64,000 nt of DNA from the human T2T-CHM13v2.0 reference genome, Homo sapiens: NCBI RefSeq assembly GCF_009914755.1, contig NC_060925.1; one strand, given 5' to 3'. How positions within the stretch are numbered: position 1 is the stretch's first letter; the number at the start of each line of letters is the position of its first letter. The notes under the pieces were generated by a model that saw only the letters and a program-made list of their open reading frames with translations, had not been told where the DNA came from and searched no databases. A program made the position numbers and the translations under genes. This document shows positions 23,586 through 37,378 of the stretch, in pieces.

Positions 23586-26500
23586 ACTTGTCATGCTCAT
23601 TGATTTGTTTCTTCTCAATGATGAATTTTAGGTTTTAGGAAACATTGAATAGAAATAGGAAGCTGTCAACATCAGCCTTGGATGCTTCTCTGAAGGACAG
23701 ATGCTTTTTTGAGGGGGGAGGGCTGTGTGGTTACCTTGGAGACCACAAATCCCTTAATATTTGGGCTCTTTTTCAAGGTGCCCAGCTAACTTAAACTAGG
23801 CTTCGTTGTTGACCACAGCCTTTCAGCTAATACCCACGGCAGGTGTAGTCTTGCAGTTCGCCTTTGCTGGCACCTTGTTTAATTCAGTCCCTTTAGCTCC
23901 TAGCCCACTTCAACAACAACAAAGAAAACAACTTCAGCCATACATGTACAACTACTGTAGTTTCTTCACATTTTTAAAGAAGTATAGAAGTGAACAAGTG
24001 ATACTTGGAGTGGTTGATAGATGTTTGAAGGGTATAAAGACATGCTGTAGACTTTGGTTAGCAACCTTCCTCCTCATTCCTTTGATCTAATTCACAACAA
24101 CCCCTGCCCACCCCAAGTCTTGCCCCTTCCGTGGCCTCCCTTCTTTGTGGAATTTCTTTGAAATCCTATGGCATTCTCCTAACTGTCCTCATGAAACTTA
24201 TGTCTTTGGCTGTGTAAAATCCTTCATCCCCTTGCCTCCACCTGTCCCTGCTCCTCCTCAAACCTTTCAGCCAAGGATGTGCATGCTCTGGAGTCTGGTA
24301 GGTGTGGAGTCCTTCCAATCACTTCTTTGGCATGTTTACTCAATAAGTAACCCTCACTCCTCTTAAGCCCTGACTGCCAGCTCACACTATCCATGTTGCC
24401 TCTTCACTCCTCCCTTCATTCTGCCCATCCACATCCATGTCAGTGGCCTCTTTAGCTTTATGATGGACTACCTCTGTTCTAGTCATCTACTCACATCGGT
24501 TAGACACTGTCTGGATCTAGAACTGTTCATGAAGGCTGGGGTGACATTCTTCTCTTTTCACTACAAGAATTGGGATCATTGAAGAGCAATTTTCTGATCT
24601 TATGCTTGCCCATCAGCCATCCCCACGATCTTCTTCCTCCCCATTTTTACTGCGTGTACCTTCTGAAATGTTCCTTGACTCTGCCCTCTTGGTTGCCTTC
24701 AGCTCTTGCTTGGGCTATTTCATGAGTCTTGTCTCTATTTTTCTTGACTCTGTCAAGGGCTTTTTCTAAAACAGATGTGCCTGGGCCCCTCCCATACATT
24801 AAAACCTGCGTAAGACCCTACTGTGCAAGAGCAGATGTCAGACTCAACATGTCTGTGCAAGAGCAGATGTCTGGAGCTAGCTAGCCCCAGTCTACCTTCC
24901 TATCCTTTGACCTACTATACTAAGCTGGCCTACTTGGAGTTCTGGAGCACACAGCTTCTTCCGTGCACGTGACCCCACAGCAGGCTTCTAAAATCTCAGC
25001 TAATCCTCACCTCCTCTGGCTTACCAGGCCCTATGTCTGCCACCTCCCCCTTCCTGCTTTTTCTATTCGTGTTCTTACTGGGTTGCATCAGCTCTTCACC
25101 CACATTGTGAACACCTGCGTGCTTCGTTCTCTGCCCACTTTTCACATAACTGGCATAGATTTGGTGCTTCAAATGTTGAACTGGATGGGTTTTCCCTGGA
25201 GGACTTGTCCTTGGGCCATTAGCCACTTAGAGGCTGAATCCTGGATATTTACCTGAATGTGTTGTAATGCCTCATTTTGGTGCCAGAAACCATTTCAGTC
25301 CCCTTGTCCAGACCAATATTTATACGCAGGACAACTTGTGTGGGATGTGCTGGTGCCCAGCTTCCTGGAATGAGTAGTCATGTCCCGGACACTAACACAA
25401 TTGAACACAAGCTCTTGGCCCCTGAGCAAGGTCAGTACTAAGGGTTGCAGTCTTCACGCTCAGCAGTATTATTTCAAACTCCCCACCCACCCAGTCCTCC
25501 TGGCAGACCTATCCTTCTGGTGTTTTAGTAGAATTCCTCTCATGCCATCCCCAAGTGTTCATTCCTCAGCCTTGGAATGAAGCTCCCGTCGTTGCCACCC
25601 GGGACCTCTAGGGTTCCAGAAGTACACTTCTAAACGAGCGGGGATTCTTTTTCTCCTTCACTGTCCGAGTAGTCGCCTGGGCGGGATAGTAATGCGCTTG
25701 GTTGTAATCTGGGGTTAGTATCAGCTGGAAGATGCTGAGAGCATCAGCAGGACCTGTGGGGGTTTTCCATATGACCTCTGAGCAGCCAGAGCCTCAGTGT
25801 GATGGTGCCATTCTGCCACCTTACCTTGGCCTGGAGCCTCATCCTCTCCAGAGGCCTTCAGCTCCGTATGCACTTATGGCAGGTGGAGTCAGAGGCAAGT
25901 CAGGGGTGGTGCCCAGACTGGGCTGAGTGGTCTACCCCTGCTCCCTGCCTAAAAGCTGAGTCAAGCGACTTCCTGTCCGAAGTGACGGCATTGGACCTGG
26001 GGCCACGGTGCTGGTTTCCTGCCTCCTGGCCCTGTGCTTTCTGCAACACGGGACTGTGTCCTTCCCTGGGGATAAATGCTACCTAGAAGCATGTGCTGCC
26101 CTGGCGATGAGCCACTCCTCAGTACTCTGACTGTCATCACTCTCTCAAGCAGGTTTCTGTCAGTGCCGCCCAGAATCTAGGGAGCTGGAGCCTGTCGGGA
26201 GGCTTGGTTTCATACCATTCCTCACCCAGCTCAGAGCAACGCAGGCTACCTGTTCTGGCCATGACTGGATCACAGGTCTCCCAGCTCAGGGCATTTTCAC
26301 CACAGCAGGCCATCCCAGGGCCACCTTTTACTTAGGAAGTTTCCGAAAATGGGAAATGTCCCTAAGGGAAAGGCATGAGAAGCTGGAGTCGCTGCCTTTC
26401 TTTCGGGTGCTTCCCTGGAAAAAAGGTATCCGAGGCTATAGTGTTCGAGAGAGAGAGAGATGGAGACGGGCAGCACCACAGCAACTTTGGCCAGGCTGTT

Positions 26501-29500
26501 TTCAGCCATTTCAATCCATCCCTTCCATATGGATAGTAAATGAGGTTTTTCTCAAGAGGCCTGTTGGGAACTAAACCCATGAGAAAATGGAATGAGAACT
26601 CCTCACTTTAGACTAAGGCTTTAGGTTGACCAAGTACACATTGCATATACATAGCTTGCAGGTCTCAGAAACGTGAGCTAGGTAGCAGTGTTTCCACTGT
26701 ACAGAGGAGCCAGAGGCTCAGTGCGCCTCTGAGTTGCCCAGGGTTACGTATCTTGTAAGAGACAGAGCCCATGCACAAAGATTTGACTGCAAAGCCTGGT
26801 TCCCCCACTGTTACAACACTGAAAACACTCTGTAAACTATAACTCACCCTGCAAATATTAGTTTTTATGTCAGCCCCCTCTCAAGGGCCTAAGAGGTGTT
26901 GAGTTGCCTGGTAATAGATCCGTTTCCACTTATCCAGGAAAGGAATTCCTTGGACAAACCAGCAGCTTTCCTCAGACAACCCTCCCTTTGTGAATCAGGT
27001 GTGGGGGGGACCCATTGCAGGCTCGTTAACATGTTTGGGGAATGCTCATGGAGCACCAGGTCCCATGCTAAGCATTAGCATTTAATCTTCCAAAAAGTCT
27101 GAGATAGGATGATTAGGTTTACAGGTGAGGAAACCTAAACGTCATACAGCTGCTGCAGCCAGCACCTGGCTCTGGGGTGTCTGACTCCCAGGCTCCAGCT
27201 GTCAGTTCTTTTACAGTATGCTATTTTGTCTTTGTCCTGCATTTTACAGGGTGGCACATGGAAGAGGCACGGGAGAGCAAATATCCTGCCTTCCAACAGA
27301 AGCCTTTCAAGAGGAATGAGGAGGAGGACAAAGCCACTGATTAAATTGATTAGTTAAAATTAAAAATTAAGCCAACTGATGAAGTTAAAATAGGGTGCCT
27401 ATTGTGGTTGGCATGGCATTTTAAATTAGAATTGAAATGGAAACAGCATCACAGTTTCCCCCACACCTTATCCAGGCAGCCATGTACTATGGGGGTATTT
27501 AAACTACCTGCAGGCTGGAGAGGAGGGCGGGGGAGTGCAGGAGGGCTTTTGCAGAAGTCAGGAAACCAGCTCACCTGCAATGCTGAAACAATGAAACCAA
27601 GAAGGGAGGGGAGTCAGAAAACTAATAGCACAACCCTAAGCAGTTCCTGGAGTCAAACACCTGTGGTTTTTCATGCACTAAATATAGTGGAAGTTGGGTC
27701 ATCTTATCCTTAAATAAACACTACAGCTAGCAAAGACTTTTTTGAAAAGAATCTTTACATTGGCTCAGGTAAGCGGGAGCCTGGGAGAAGCAGCGCTTGG
27801 GTGGCTGTGAATGGTCTGCGGCAGCCTCTGGTCCTCATATCCCCTGCTATCTCAGGATCCCACACAAAACATTCCTCTGTGGTTTTTTCCCTGCTCTTAA
27901 GTCAACTGCATGTACCTTGTTGTCCCTGTGCCCTTCATCCCCTCCCCCTACCGTGAGAGATCAGTTTCCTTGGCCTTCACCTGATCTGACCAGGAACAGC
28001 AGGAGAGGTGCTCCCTCTCTCTAGCTCTGGCAAAAGAGGCAGCTTTTCAGCAGGCTTATTTTCCATCCTACTTTAGATATTACTGAAAGGAAATGAACTC
28101 TTCTTTGACTTTGCCTTTTGAATTTTGGATGCTGCTGAATCGGGCACAGTCCCTCCTTTAGGAAACATTAAACCAGAGGCTTGTGGCCAGGTTTCTGGCT
28201 TGCTGTTTGAGTGGCAGTTTGGTGCCCAGTAGGGTTCAAGGGATTCAAAGTGAGGAGCCCTTTACAGACAGGCAGTGGGGCAGAAGAGCTGGAGCTTTGG
28301 AGCTGGAGACTCCAGCTCAGCATGCTCCTCTGCTCCCCTTGTGATTGCATAAACCGCTCCAAGCCCAGTGCCCTTGTGGGTACAATGCAGGTGATGATGA
28401 TGCCGGCTTTGGGGCTCCTAAGAATTAGGAAAGCCAGGTATTTTTTTAATAAAGCTCCAAGCCCAGTACCGGGTGCCCGTAGACGGTATCTATTACTTGA
28501 TATCCTCTGCTCTAGAGGAGTTTACAGTCTGCTTTGGGAGTTAAGAGAAATGTCTTAAGTGGTATTTAAAGCATTAACATATGTGTGCCACAGATTCTTT
28601 GGTTCTGCTGGACATCAGGAAGTAAAAACACTGGCTACAATTTATTAAGACCTAAAGAGGCCAGTTAAGGGCATGATACACACTTTCACGATGCTCGTGA
28701 CAGCCCTGCCAGCTAAGGGCAGTAGTCTCTCTCCCTACTCCACCCACTACTTAACGGAAGAGAAACTAAGGCTCAGAGAGGTTGAGCAACACACCACAGC
28801 CTGCACAGCTGCCTGGGCTGGCAGTTTCACACCTGGCGCCAAGACAGTGTGGACCGTGTCCAGCTGCTGGGCTGGGAGCCTAGGGCACTGGCCAGTGCTC
28901 TGTCCTGGCCGACTGCCCTGATGCCCATTGGCCTGTGGGTTGCAATATCATCATAATTCCTACTAAGCAACCCATTAGCCTCACTCTTGAGGTATTGCCA
29001 ACTCACCGAAGTTCCCCAGAACTTCAGACCCACTTCTCCCACTCCTCTGCTGAGGGTAAGCAGAGAATGAAAGGTACTGCTCCGGAGGACTGTGGCAAAC
29101 TCTATACACTGAAGTCATTTTGTCCTTTCACTGAGCAACTTCCCTGTACCAGGAATTAGAATCTGCACATTGAAAAGGCCCAGAACCCTCCTGCTCTAGT
29201 GTGGCAGGCACTTTTGTAAATGTGTGACCTGCTGGTTTTGCTGGGATGTGCACATTTCTAATAATGGTGTTGATCAACAAAGAGGACTTTGCATGGCAGG
29301 GGCGTGCCCTCCCTCCAAAGCTGCTGTTTCAGAGGTTCCTCCACCATGCAAGCCCTGGACCTGGGACACACTCACAGTCCCTAACATGGTTGTGTTTTCC
29401 TGTGAGACAAGTGCCTCTTCCACCCGAAGAGCATTTAGTGACTTCAAATAGGGTCAGCGGTCCAGGCCTGGTGAAAGAGGGCAGGGAGAGAGACCCTGCT

Positions 29501-29601
29501 CAGCCACGGGGGATCAGCTCGGGTGAGTTTCTGACCCCACCACGGTGGAAACCAATTAGAGAAATAACTTACTGGGGACATGATGAGGGTTGTTCTGAAT
29601 C

Positions 29602-29896
29602 CAGAGGCAGCAATCTTTTTCTGCAAAGGCCTAAATAGTCAATATCATAGGCTTTGCGGGTCTCTGTCACAAATATTCCACCAATGTTGTATCACAGAAG
29701 CAGCCATCAATGACACACAAGGCTGTTCCCATAGAACTGTATTTATGGACACTGACATTCGAATTTCATGTCATTTTTACGTAGCATGAAATATTCCTTT
29801 GATTTTCCCCAATCATTTAAAATCCAGCCTATTTTGGCTGTTCACAAACCAGCAGCAGGACAGATTTGGCCCACTGGCTGGAGTTTCCAACCCATG
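29602..29896. mobile_element. MER58B-like hAT fossil
   Basis: cagaggcagcaatctttttctgcaaaggcc..tatttatggacactga..gaatttcat..gatttggccc..agtttccaaccc. Confidence 0.75.
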
Positions 29897-30882
29897 AACT
29901 AGAGGACAGGGTGCCTCAGGGCAAGACCCTCCCCCTGTTTTTTTCTGCCTTCCTCCCGCCCCCACCATGTTCCTCAGTAAGGTAGAACTGCAGACTGCCA
30001 GTCCTGTGAGCTGGGTATTACCTGCCTCCTTAGTGGTTCCTCCATTGCACCTCCTCAGGGTTGGTTGTGGTTGCCCGTTGACAGCATGAGTTGCTGTCAC
30101 TGCAACTCTGAAGCTGGGCCTTGAAGTTCCAACCACGTGGGCTTCACTGCCCTCTGGTCCCAGATGGTCCTGTTGGCCCACCTTCCACCATGCCCCTCAC
30201 CACTGGAGAATCTCCTCTTCCCATCAGGGTCACAATTTCGGATGTTCCCAGCAAGTGTAGACTTCCTTCCTCAGTTCTTCATAGAGCCCCCAAATATTAG
30301 AACACCTGCTAGGCAGGCTGGTTCTACTCCTTAGAACTCCTCTGAAAGAGCTTGGGACAATTTGTTTGGAATTTAAAGTTGCACCCCATATTGTTGTGTC
30401 AATATATCCTTCCTGCCCACAGTCCCCAGGTGCACCCCCAAGGCTAACTTAGGACCCCCTTTGTTCTGGTGTCCTGAGGGTGGACTGCAGAGCCCTTTAC
30501 CACTTTCCTGTGGGGGCAGTGGGTAGGGACTGTTTGAAAATGCAGCAGCCCACTGGACCCCCAGGCATGGCCAGCAAAGTCAGCCCCACTGGAATCAGAC
30601 TCCTGGCCCCGGGAGCTCAGCCTCTTTGCCTGCAGCATGGATGCAGGTTGTCAGAAGTTGGAGAAATGAAATCCAGACATACCACATGCTCCTGATGAGA
30701 GGACGTTCCAAATGGAAAACTATCCATTCAGACTTACCCTTGATGAGTCCAAAGGGGGATAGGGAGAACCCTGACGATATCAGTGTAACTCTGCGGGCCA
30801 TTCAGGTTTGCAAGGGAAAAGATGAAGGAAAGGCCATCATGAAAAAGGCTTCACTCTGCCAAGAATAAGTCAAGAATACTCA

Positions 30883-31029
<147 letters not shown>

Positions 31030-31479
31030 AAGAATGCTTAAGCCGTGAAGGAAGTTGTCTGAAAAATAATAAGTTTCAATAAGAACAGGCAGAGGATAGC
31101 CCTACTGCCTAGGGAGGGAGAGGCTGAAGTGAATGAGGCTGCGAAAAGAGCCCAGTGCTTGCTTCCTCTTGGGCTTCTCTCTTTTCCATTGCAGAGGGAA
31201 CAGGCACTGAGAGTGAGAACTGAGTGGGCTGGGGAGCTTGATGGACTTTACCCTGCCATTTCCTAACCCTGTGACATTTGACAAGCTCTCTTTCTGTGGC
31301 TATAGAAATGGGGATGCTTACCTGCTGCAGTTAGTATAAGGATTAGAGGAGGTAAACTTAGTAAAGACCCTAGCACTATGTCGACAGTTAATAAACAGTA
31401 GTCTAGATATGTGAGTACGGGTGCTTAAACAAAGCGATTCATCAGTAAAGAAGCAACCTTCATTTTGGTCCTCTGGTGC

Positions 31480-31632
31480 CTGATTAAAATCACCTAGAGT
31501 GCTAGTTCAAAATGCAGACTCCCAGGATCCCGCCCTCAGATTCTGATTTAGAGGGACTGCGGAAGGGCTGAGGAAGGGCCAGGGAATCATGTCCAGATAG
31601 TTCTCAGGTGCCCTGGAGTTTGGAAGCCGCAG
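31480..31632. mobile_element. MER5A-like fossil
   Basis: aatcacctagagtgct..aaaatgcagactcccagg..cagattctgattt..agtttggaagcc. Confidence 0.6.
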
Positions 31633-32874
31633 TCCTAAGGGTTAAGGAGGAGGTGCATGATGGGAACAGGGACAGTGGGAGAGTCCTTAGAGCCGGAATG
31701 AGGGTGACCAGCCTAGAAGATGACATCCCAGGGGACGGAGGACACTTGAACACATGTCACAGATCTTCATGAGGAAAACATCAGACCAGTAAGCTAGATG
31801 TCCACACTTAGGATTCAATTTTTAAAAGGTGGACTCGATTAAAGGGACCGATTTGCCTGTCATTTTTTTTAGACTACTAGATTGGGGGTGGAAAGATTGT
31901 TTTGTTTTGTGTTTTTAGTTGCCTATTGTTAGAACAGCGCATTTTTACTTCAGATTAAAAAAAAAATTACTATGCTCGAATGGTGATAAAATCAGGGGGG
32001 TTTGTGGTTAGTAGAACAAAACTGAGTCTAAGATTTGACATCCGCACAGCAGGCAGTGATGAGGGATTTCTCACTTCCCCTAATAAAATCCCCAGTGTTG
32101 AAGGGAGACTTCCATCAGGAGGCGAAGGTGACCAAGCTGCTCTTCCCTCTGGAGCCCTCACTTCAATGGCCCTGTCCTTCCACTGTCTAGGAAGCTGCTC
32201 TTCCTTTGCAGACTGCCTCCAACAGGAGTCCCCATAGGCACCCTTGGTTCCTAGAGCCAGCGGAGACAAGCTGGATGTTTAACAAGATACATTACTAAAT
32301 TTGTAAAGGAAAATAAATCTAGAGAAAACACAAAGTATAGGACAATATAGAGTATCCTCATGATACTCCCTTATGGAACTAGGTCTTCTGGGCCCCAGTC
32401 CACACCCCCAGCTGCCCAGCTCTGTGCTCAAGCTCCCAGGGGCTGGCTGCTGTCCGAGCCTCCACTGATGGGACCCGGTTACTATCACCATGACTCCAAG
32501 ACCATGTTCTTGACCTCTTGACCCTCCTTAAATTCAGATTCTAGAATCTAGGGCCAGATTCCCTGTTGTTCTTTATCCAGGATCTTCCCTTTCAGTTTTT
32601 ACATCTGCCAAGAGACTTTCCAGCAAAGACCTCACCGTTCAGGTGAGACTCATTCTGCCCCTTCTCTGTGCACCACTAGCTGAGGCATTCATAAGCCAAA
32701 GACAAATCACTTACGGGGGCAGTGGATCTGCCCAGGTCCCTAGAGGCCTGCATTTCCCACTTCTCCCTTCAGCCTAAAGCCCTGCTGCAATCAAGTCACC
32801 CTGTTCTCAAAAACCTTCAATAGCTCTTCATTGCCTGTAGAATGAGGCTCAGGATCTCTCAACAGCGAATGTTA

Positions 32875-33224
<350 letters not shown>

Positions 33225-33699
33225 TCAAATCACCTTCCAAGTCTATCTCCCATCCCTCCAAGCCCCACATCCTCCACTATAGCTTCCAGGGCAGTGAGAA
33301 GGGAGGATAGGGTGAGGAAGCCCACATTTTATCTGGAAAAATGGTCACCAGTTTCCAATTAATCCCATTTCACTAGGGTGAGAGCTGGTGGGGCACTGGC
33401 CTGGACACCAGGAGACCATGTCCTATTCTGGTGTGTGCAGCCTTCTAGCCTCAGGTGAGGCACCAGCCTTTGCTGGGACCCAGTTTCCTTATCTGCAAAA
33501 TGCAGATATTGGATTAGCCTATCTGTAGGATCCTTGCCTACAGCTCCACAGTGGCCTTTGTGACTCAAAAAAGCTGTGAAGGACTCACTTGCCCAGAGAA
33601 AGCCTGACATGATGTGGGACCCTTGCTTATTATGCTGGTGACAGGAGTGATCCTGGGCTTTCTCTGCACTCAGCCTTCTTGTGAGGGAGAAATGGCTCA

Positions 33700-34250
33700 A
33701 CTCTATTCAGTGAGCACAGCAGCAGTGCTCAGCCCGTCCTGTGCACACCACTTTGCCAGGTCCTGGAGGTCAGGGAAGGATGAGAAATAGTCCCTGCCCA
33801 TAAAGAGCTCCTGGGAAATACAAGACAAAAACACACTCGTGTCATGCTGTGGATGAGTACTGTGACAGAGGAGGACAATGTTAGGGTCTCATTGGCAGGG
33901 GATGACTGGAAGAAGCCTCAGAAAGCAGGGGCCTTGGAGCTGCACCTTGCAGGATGAGTCCAGTTTGGCTGCACACTCCCTGGGGAATGGGGAGGTAGTG
34001 CGGGGCCACTGAAAGCTTTTAGTGGGGGAGTGACAAGAGAAACACCTGCATACAGCAGCTGCTTGGGAGATAGGATCCCTGTGTGGGGACATGAACAATA
34101 CCCCAAGTACTATTTCGAAAGATTCGTGTTTGTGTTTTGAAAGATCACTGTGGCAACTGTGTCATGGATGAAGGGGCAGAGGTGAGACTGGAAACAGGGA
34201 GACCTGAAAGGCAGCTGCAGCAGTGGTCCAGGCAAGGCATGCTGACAGGG
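33700..34250. mobile_element. L2 fossil (approximate bounds)
   Basis: L2-like motifs tagtccctgccc..agagctc and ttttgaaagatcactgtggc..gagactggaaacagggagacc..gtggtccaggcaag. Confidence 0.55.
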
Positions 34251-34416
34251 TGTAGACCTGAACTTCGGCACAGAACAATTACAGAACCTTTTACAAACCT
34301 GGGCATAGCCACAAAGAATTCAATAGTAGAATTTTTTCAGTAGACTCATGGGTGTCAGGCATACCTGTTTATTCTAGTCAGTCATTGTATTTTATATCCT
34401 GGAATAGTTTCAATAG

Positions 34417-34866
<450 letters not shown>

Positions 34867-34871
34867 TAATT

Positions 34872-35054
34872 CAGGATTTCTCAAGGATGTGCTTTTGGGA
34901 CTACGGGCAGAGCAATTCTCTGTTGAGGGACTGTCCCATGCATTGTAGAACATTTAGCACCCTGGTCATTAGGGAGCTGATGGCTCTAGCATCCCCTAGT
35001 GATTTTGAGAAGCAAACAGTATCGCCTAGGCTTCCAAACTTCCCTTAGTGGAGC
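34872..35054. mobile_element. MER20-like hAT fossil, apparently truncated on the right
   Basis: caggatttctcaa..aattctctgttgagggactgtcccatgcattgtagaacatttagca.. Confidence 0.65.
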
Positions 35055-35380
35055 AGTATTTGGGGTATTGTTCCTGCCCCCACACAGGGGTCCTATCTCC
35101 CAAGCAGTCGCTGTATGCAGATGTTTCTCTTGCCTGCCATCCCCTGAAAAACCAGCCCCCAGGGACACGTCATCTACCACCTCACCGTCTCACATCAGGG
35201 TAGATTGACAGGCTGGAGGGCCCACCCAGTCAGCCTGCATGTATGTCTGAAATAGCTTTATTCTACCCTCATCTTGGATTGAATTTGGCTGAGTATAAAA
35301 TTCTTGAATTTGGCTGAGCATAAAATTCTAGGCTAGTAGTCATTTTTCTTCGGAATGTGGAGACATTTCCTCATTATAAA

Positions 35381-37010
35381 ATTTTTTTAAAAGCATGTAC
35401 CCTCTTATTGTAGTCTTAAAAGGTTCATGGAACTAATCTAGGGACAGATTTAGGCAAACAGCAGAATGCTCACCTGAAAAATAAAGTATTAGCAAGATAC
35501 CAGGGCGATTTGACCCTCGCTGGCAGGTCTTTGGAACCATTAATTATATGCTTGTTTTATTCATGATTTGTAATGTTCTGGGATACCAAAAGTAATTCTA
35601 ATGGTGGTTGAATTTAACAAAAAAATTAAACCTCATCTTAAAATGTCCACTGATTCATCTCACGCAATGACAATATTCAATGTTTAAAGGAACATAAAAA
35701 CAAACACGCACACAACTGTGCAGTTTTCATAAAAGTCTATTTCATGATTGGTGAGTAGCATATTTAACAGTTATATACATCTAAACAATGTACAGGTAAC
35801 TGCAGGACTGCAGCATTGGTAACTACAGAGAGAGAGAGAGCTTATTCAGCTAGAAAGCAGCTAACAAGTAACTGTCTAAAGATTTAAAATACAGCTCTTG
35901 TTTAGATCATCCTTCATTTTGATCACCTTCTCAGGGGGAAAAAGCCTGCTCGTCACAATGGAAATACATCAAGGCCAAATCTTCTGCTATCCATTCCCAG
36001 AGGTTTCTTTCATCTGGATTAAGCCTGCAACTCCAGGGCAAGGCCAAGTGTGTGGCCTCCAGCATCCATGCTCTTCCCATCTACCAGAGCAGACAGGGTG
36101 AGCTTCACACCAGGCCTCAGGGGTGGAGTGTAGCTGACCCCAGTCAACCAGTTGTTGACTTTTGTAGAAATGGAAGCAATGGGTTTCAACTGAAATTTAG
36201 CTGCAAGGCCAAAACGAGTGCAGCTGGTACCTGATGTCCAAGCAAGGTTTACTAAAGCATCAAGATCTTCACAAACTTTCTGATAAACTGATCCTCCAAA
36301 TTCTGCCCCATCATTGACATTAGTGTGCAGCTGGAAGTCCCCAGTCCTGTAGCCCACTGCAAAGTTATTCTTTGTCTGCTTTGACTTGGTGCTGTTAAAG
36401 CTCATCTGGTACCCAGCAAGCTGAGCCATGAATTGCAAGTCCAGCAAAATCAAAGTTAACATCACGGCCAAGCTTTACACGCTGCTTCTTGTAAGAGGAC
36501 TTGATTTTGCCACTTTTCTTTCCTATGTTTGGTGAGAAGCTAGTATCTAATATCATTTTCAAACCTTGACAAATTTGGTCTTCAATTGTGATTTCTGTCC
36601 CCAGAGTGTCATCAGTGTTCCATTTTTCTGTGAAAGTCAAATCATACTTGCACCATTTATATTTGGACTCCAAGATCCCAGTAACTTTACCAGTGTCTGT
36701 ATTAGATGAACCAGACTTTAAGAATTCCACGCCACCACATGACTTTGCTTTTACCTCGTTTCACCAACTTAAAACCAAATCCTTTGTTGAAACCCTCTCT
36801 GGGAGCTTTGACAAGGTGAGCGTATGATGGAGGAAGGAAGACACACTGGCTGTGTACAGGTCTGTCGGTAGGTTGACATGGTCAGGCCTCAGGAAGAGGT
36901 GATCTGGTGGTCTCCTTAGTGAGGCTGCTGCTGTTGCTCCACTTGCAGGTGAGGCCACTGGACTCACTCATGGAGCTGCACCTGCCATGGCTGGGAGGCA
37001 AGGGAAGGAG
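35381..37010 (-). pseudogene. VDAC2P3: VDAC2 processed pseudogene (probably VDAC2P3)
   Basis: Intronless and carries both UTRs. Remnant ATG at 36879 (MSTYRQTCTQPVC vs VDAC2 MATHGQTCARPMC) to TAA at 36021-36019. ORF pieces 36730-36395 ([31 protein letters not shown]) and 36471-36019 (..[44 protein letters not shown]) lie in different frames. Short T-run at 35382-35388. The P3 number is from recall of the locus. Confidence 0.93.
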
Positions 37011-37149
37011 CTTCATTGTCTTTTAGCTTCTAGTATTGCTGTTGAGAAGTCTGATGCCACTGATGCTTTATCCTTGTATGTGACCTGTTCCCCTAGCCCC
37101 TGCCCTTTGAGAGTCTTCTCTTTACTTCTGGTGTTCTGGATTCTATGAT

Positions 37150-37378
37150 AAAGTGCCTTTGTCTGTGTGTGCCTCTGTATGATTTGTATGTGCCTGTGTC
37201 TGTGTCTCTGTGTGTGCATGTGTCTAAGTGCCTGTGTCTGTGTTACTATGTGTGTAAGTGCCTATGTCTGTGTGTCTGTGTGCCTGTGTCTGTGTGTGTA
37301 AGTGTCTGTGTCTGTGTGTCTGTCTGTGTGCCTGTGTGTAAGTGCCTGTGTCTATGTGTCTGTATGTGTATATGTTTA
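37150..37378. repeat. Degenerate TG-rich mini/microsatellite
   Basis: Repeated aagtgcctgtgtctgtgt(gt)n units. Confidence 0.9.

Larger units (their letters stand above)
19259..23603 (+). other. TENT5C: TENT5C 3' UTR (~4.3 kb; end approximate)
   Basis: Nearly transposon-free, U-rich sequence from the stop codon to tandem AATAAA signals followed by a T/GT-rich downstream element; the total agrees with the recalled ~5.7-kb mRNA. Confidence 0.75.

Noticed and set aside
28356-28467. 14-bp direct repeat gctccaagcccagt ~100 bp apart
   Set aside because: Short, within degenerate MIR-like sequence, only two copies; no array structure.
33489-33505. Second TTATCT-N8-CAG GATA/half-E-box composite
   Set aside because: Derives from the MIR core (cagtttccttatctgcaaaatg) and is isolated; such matches are frequent.
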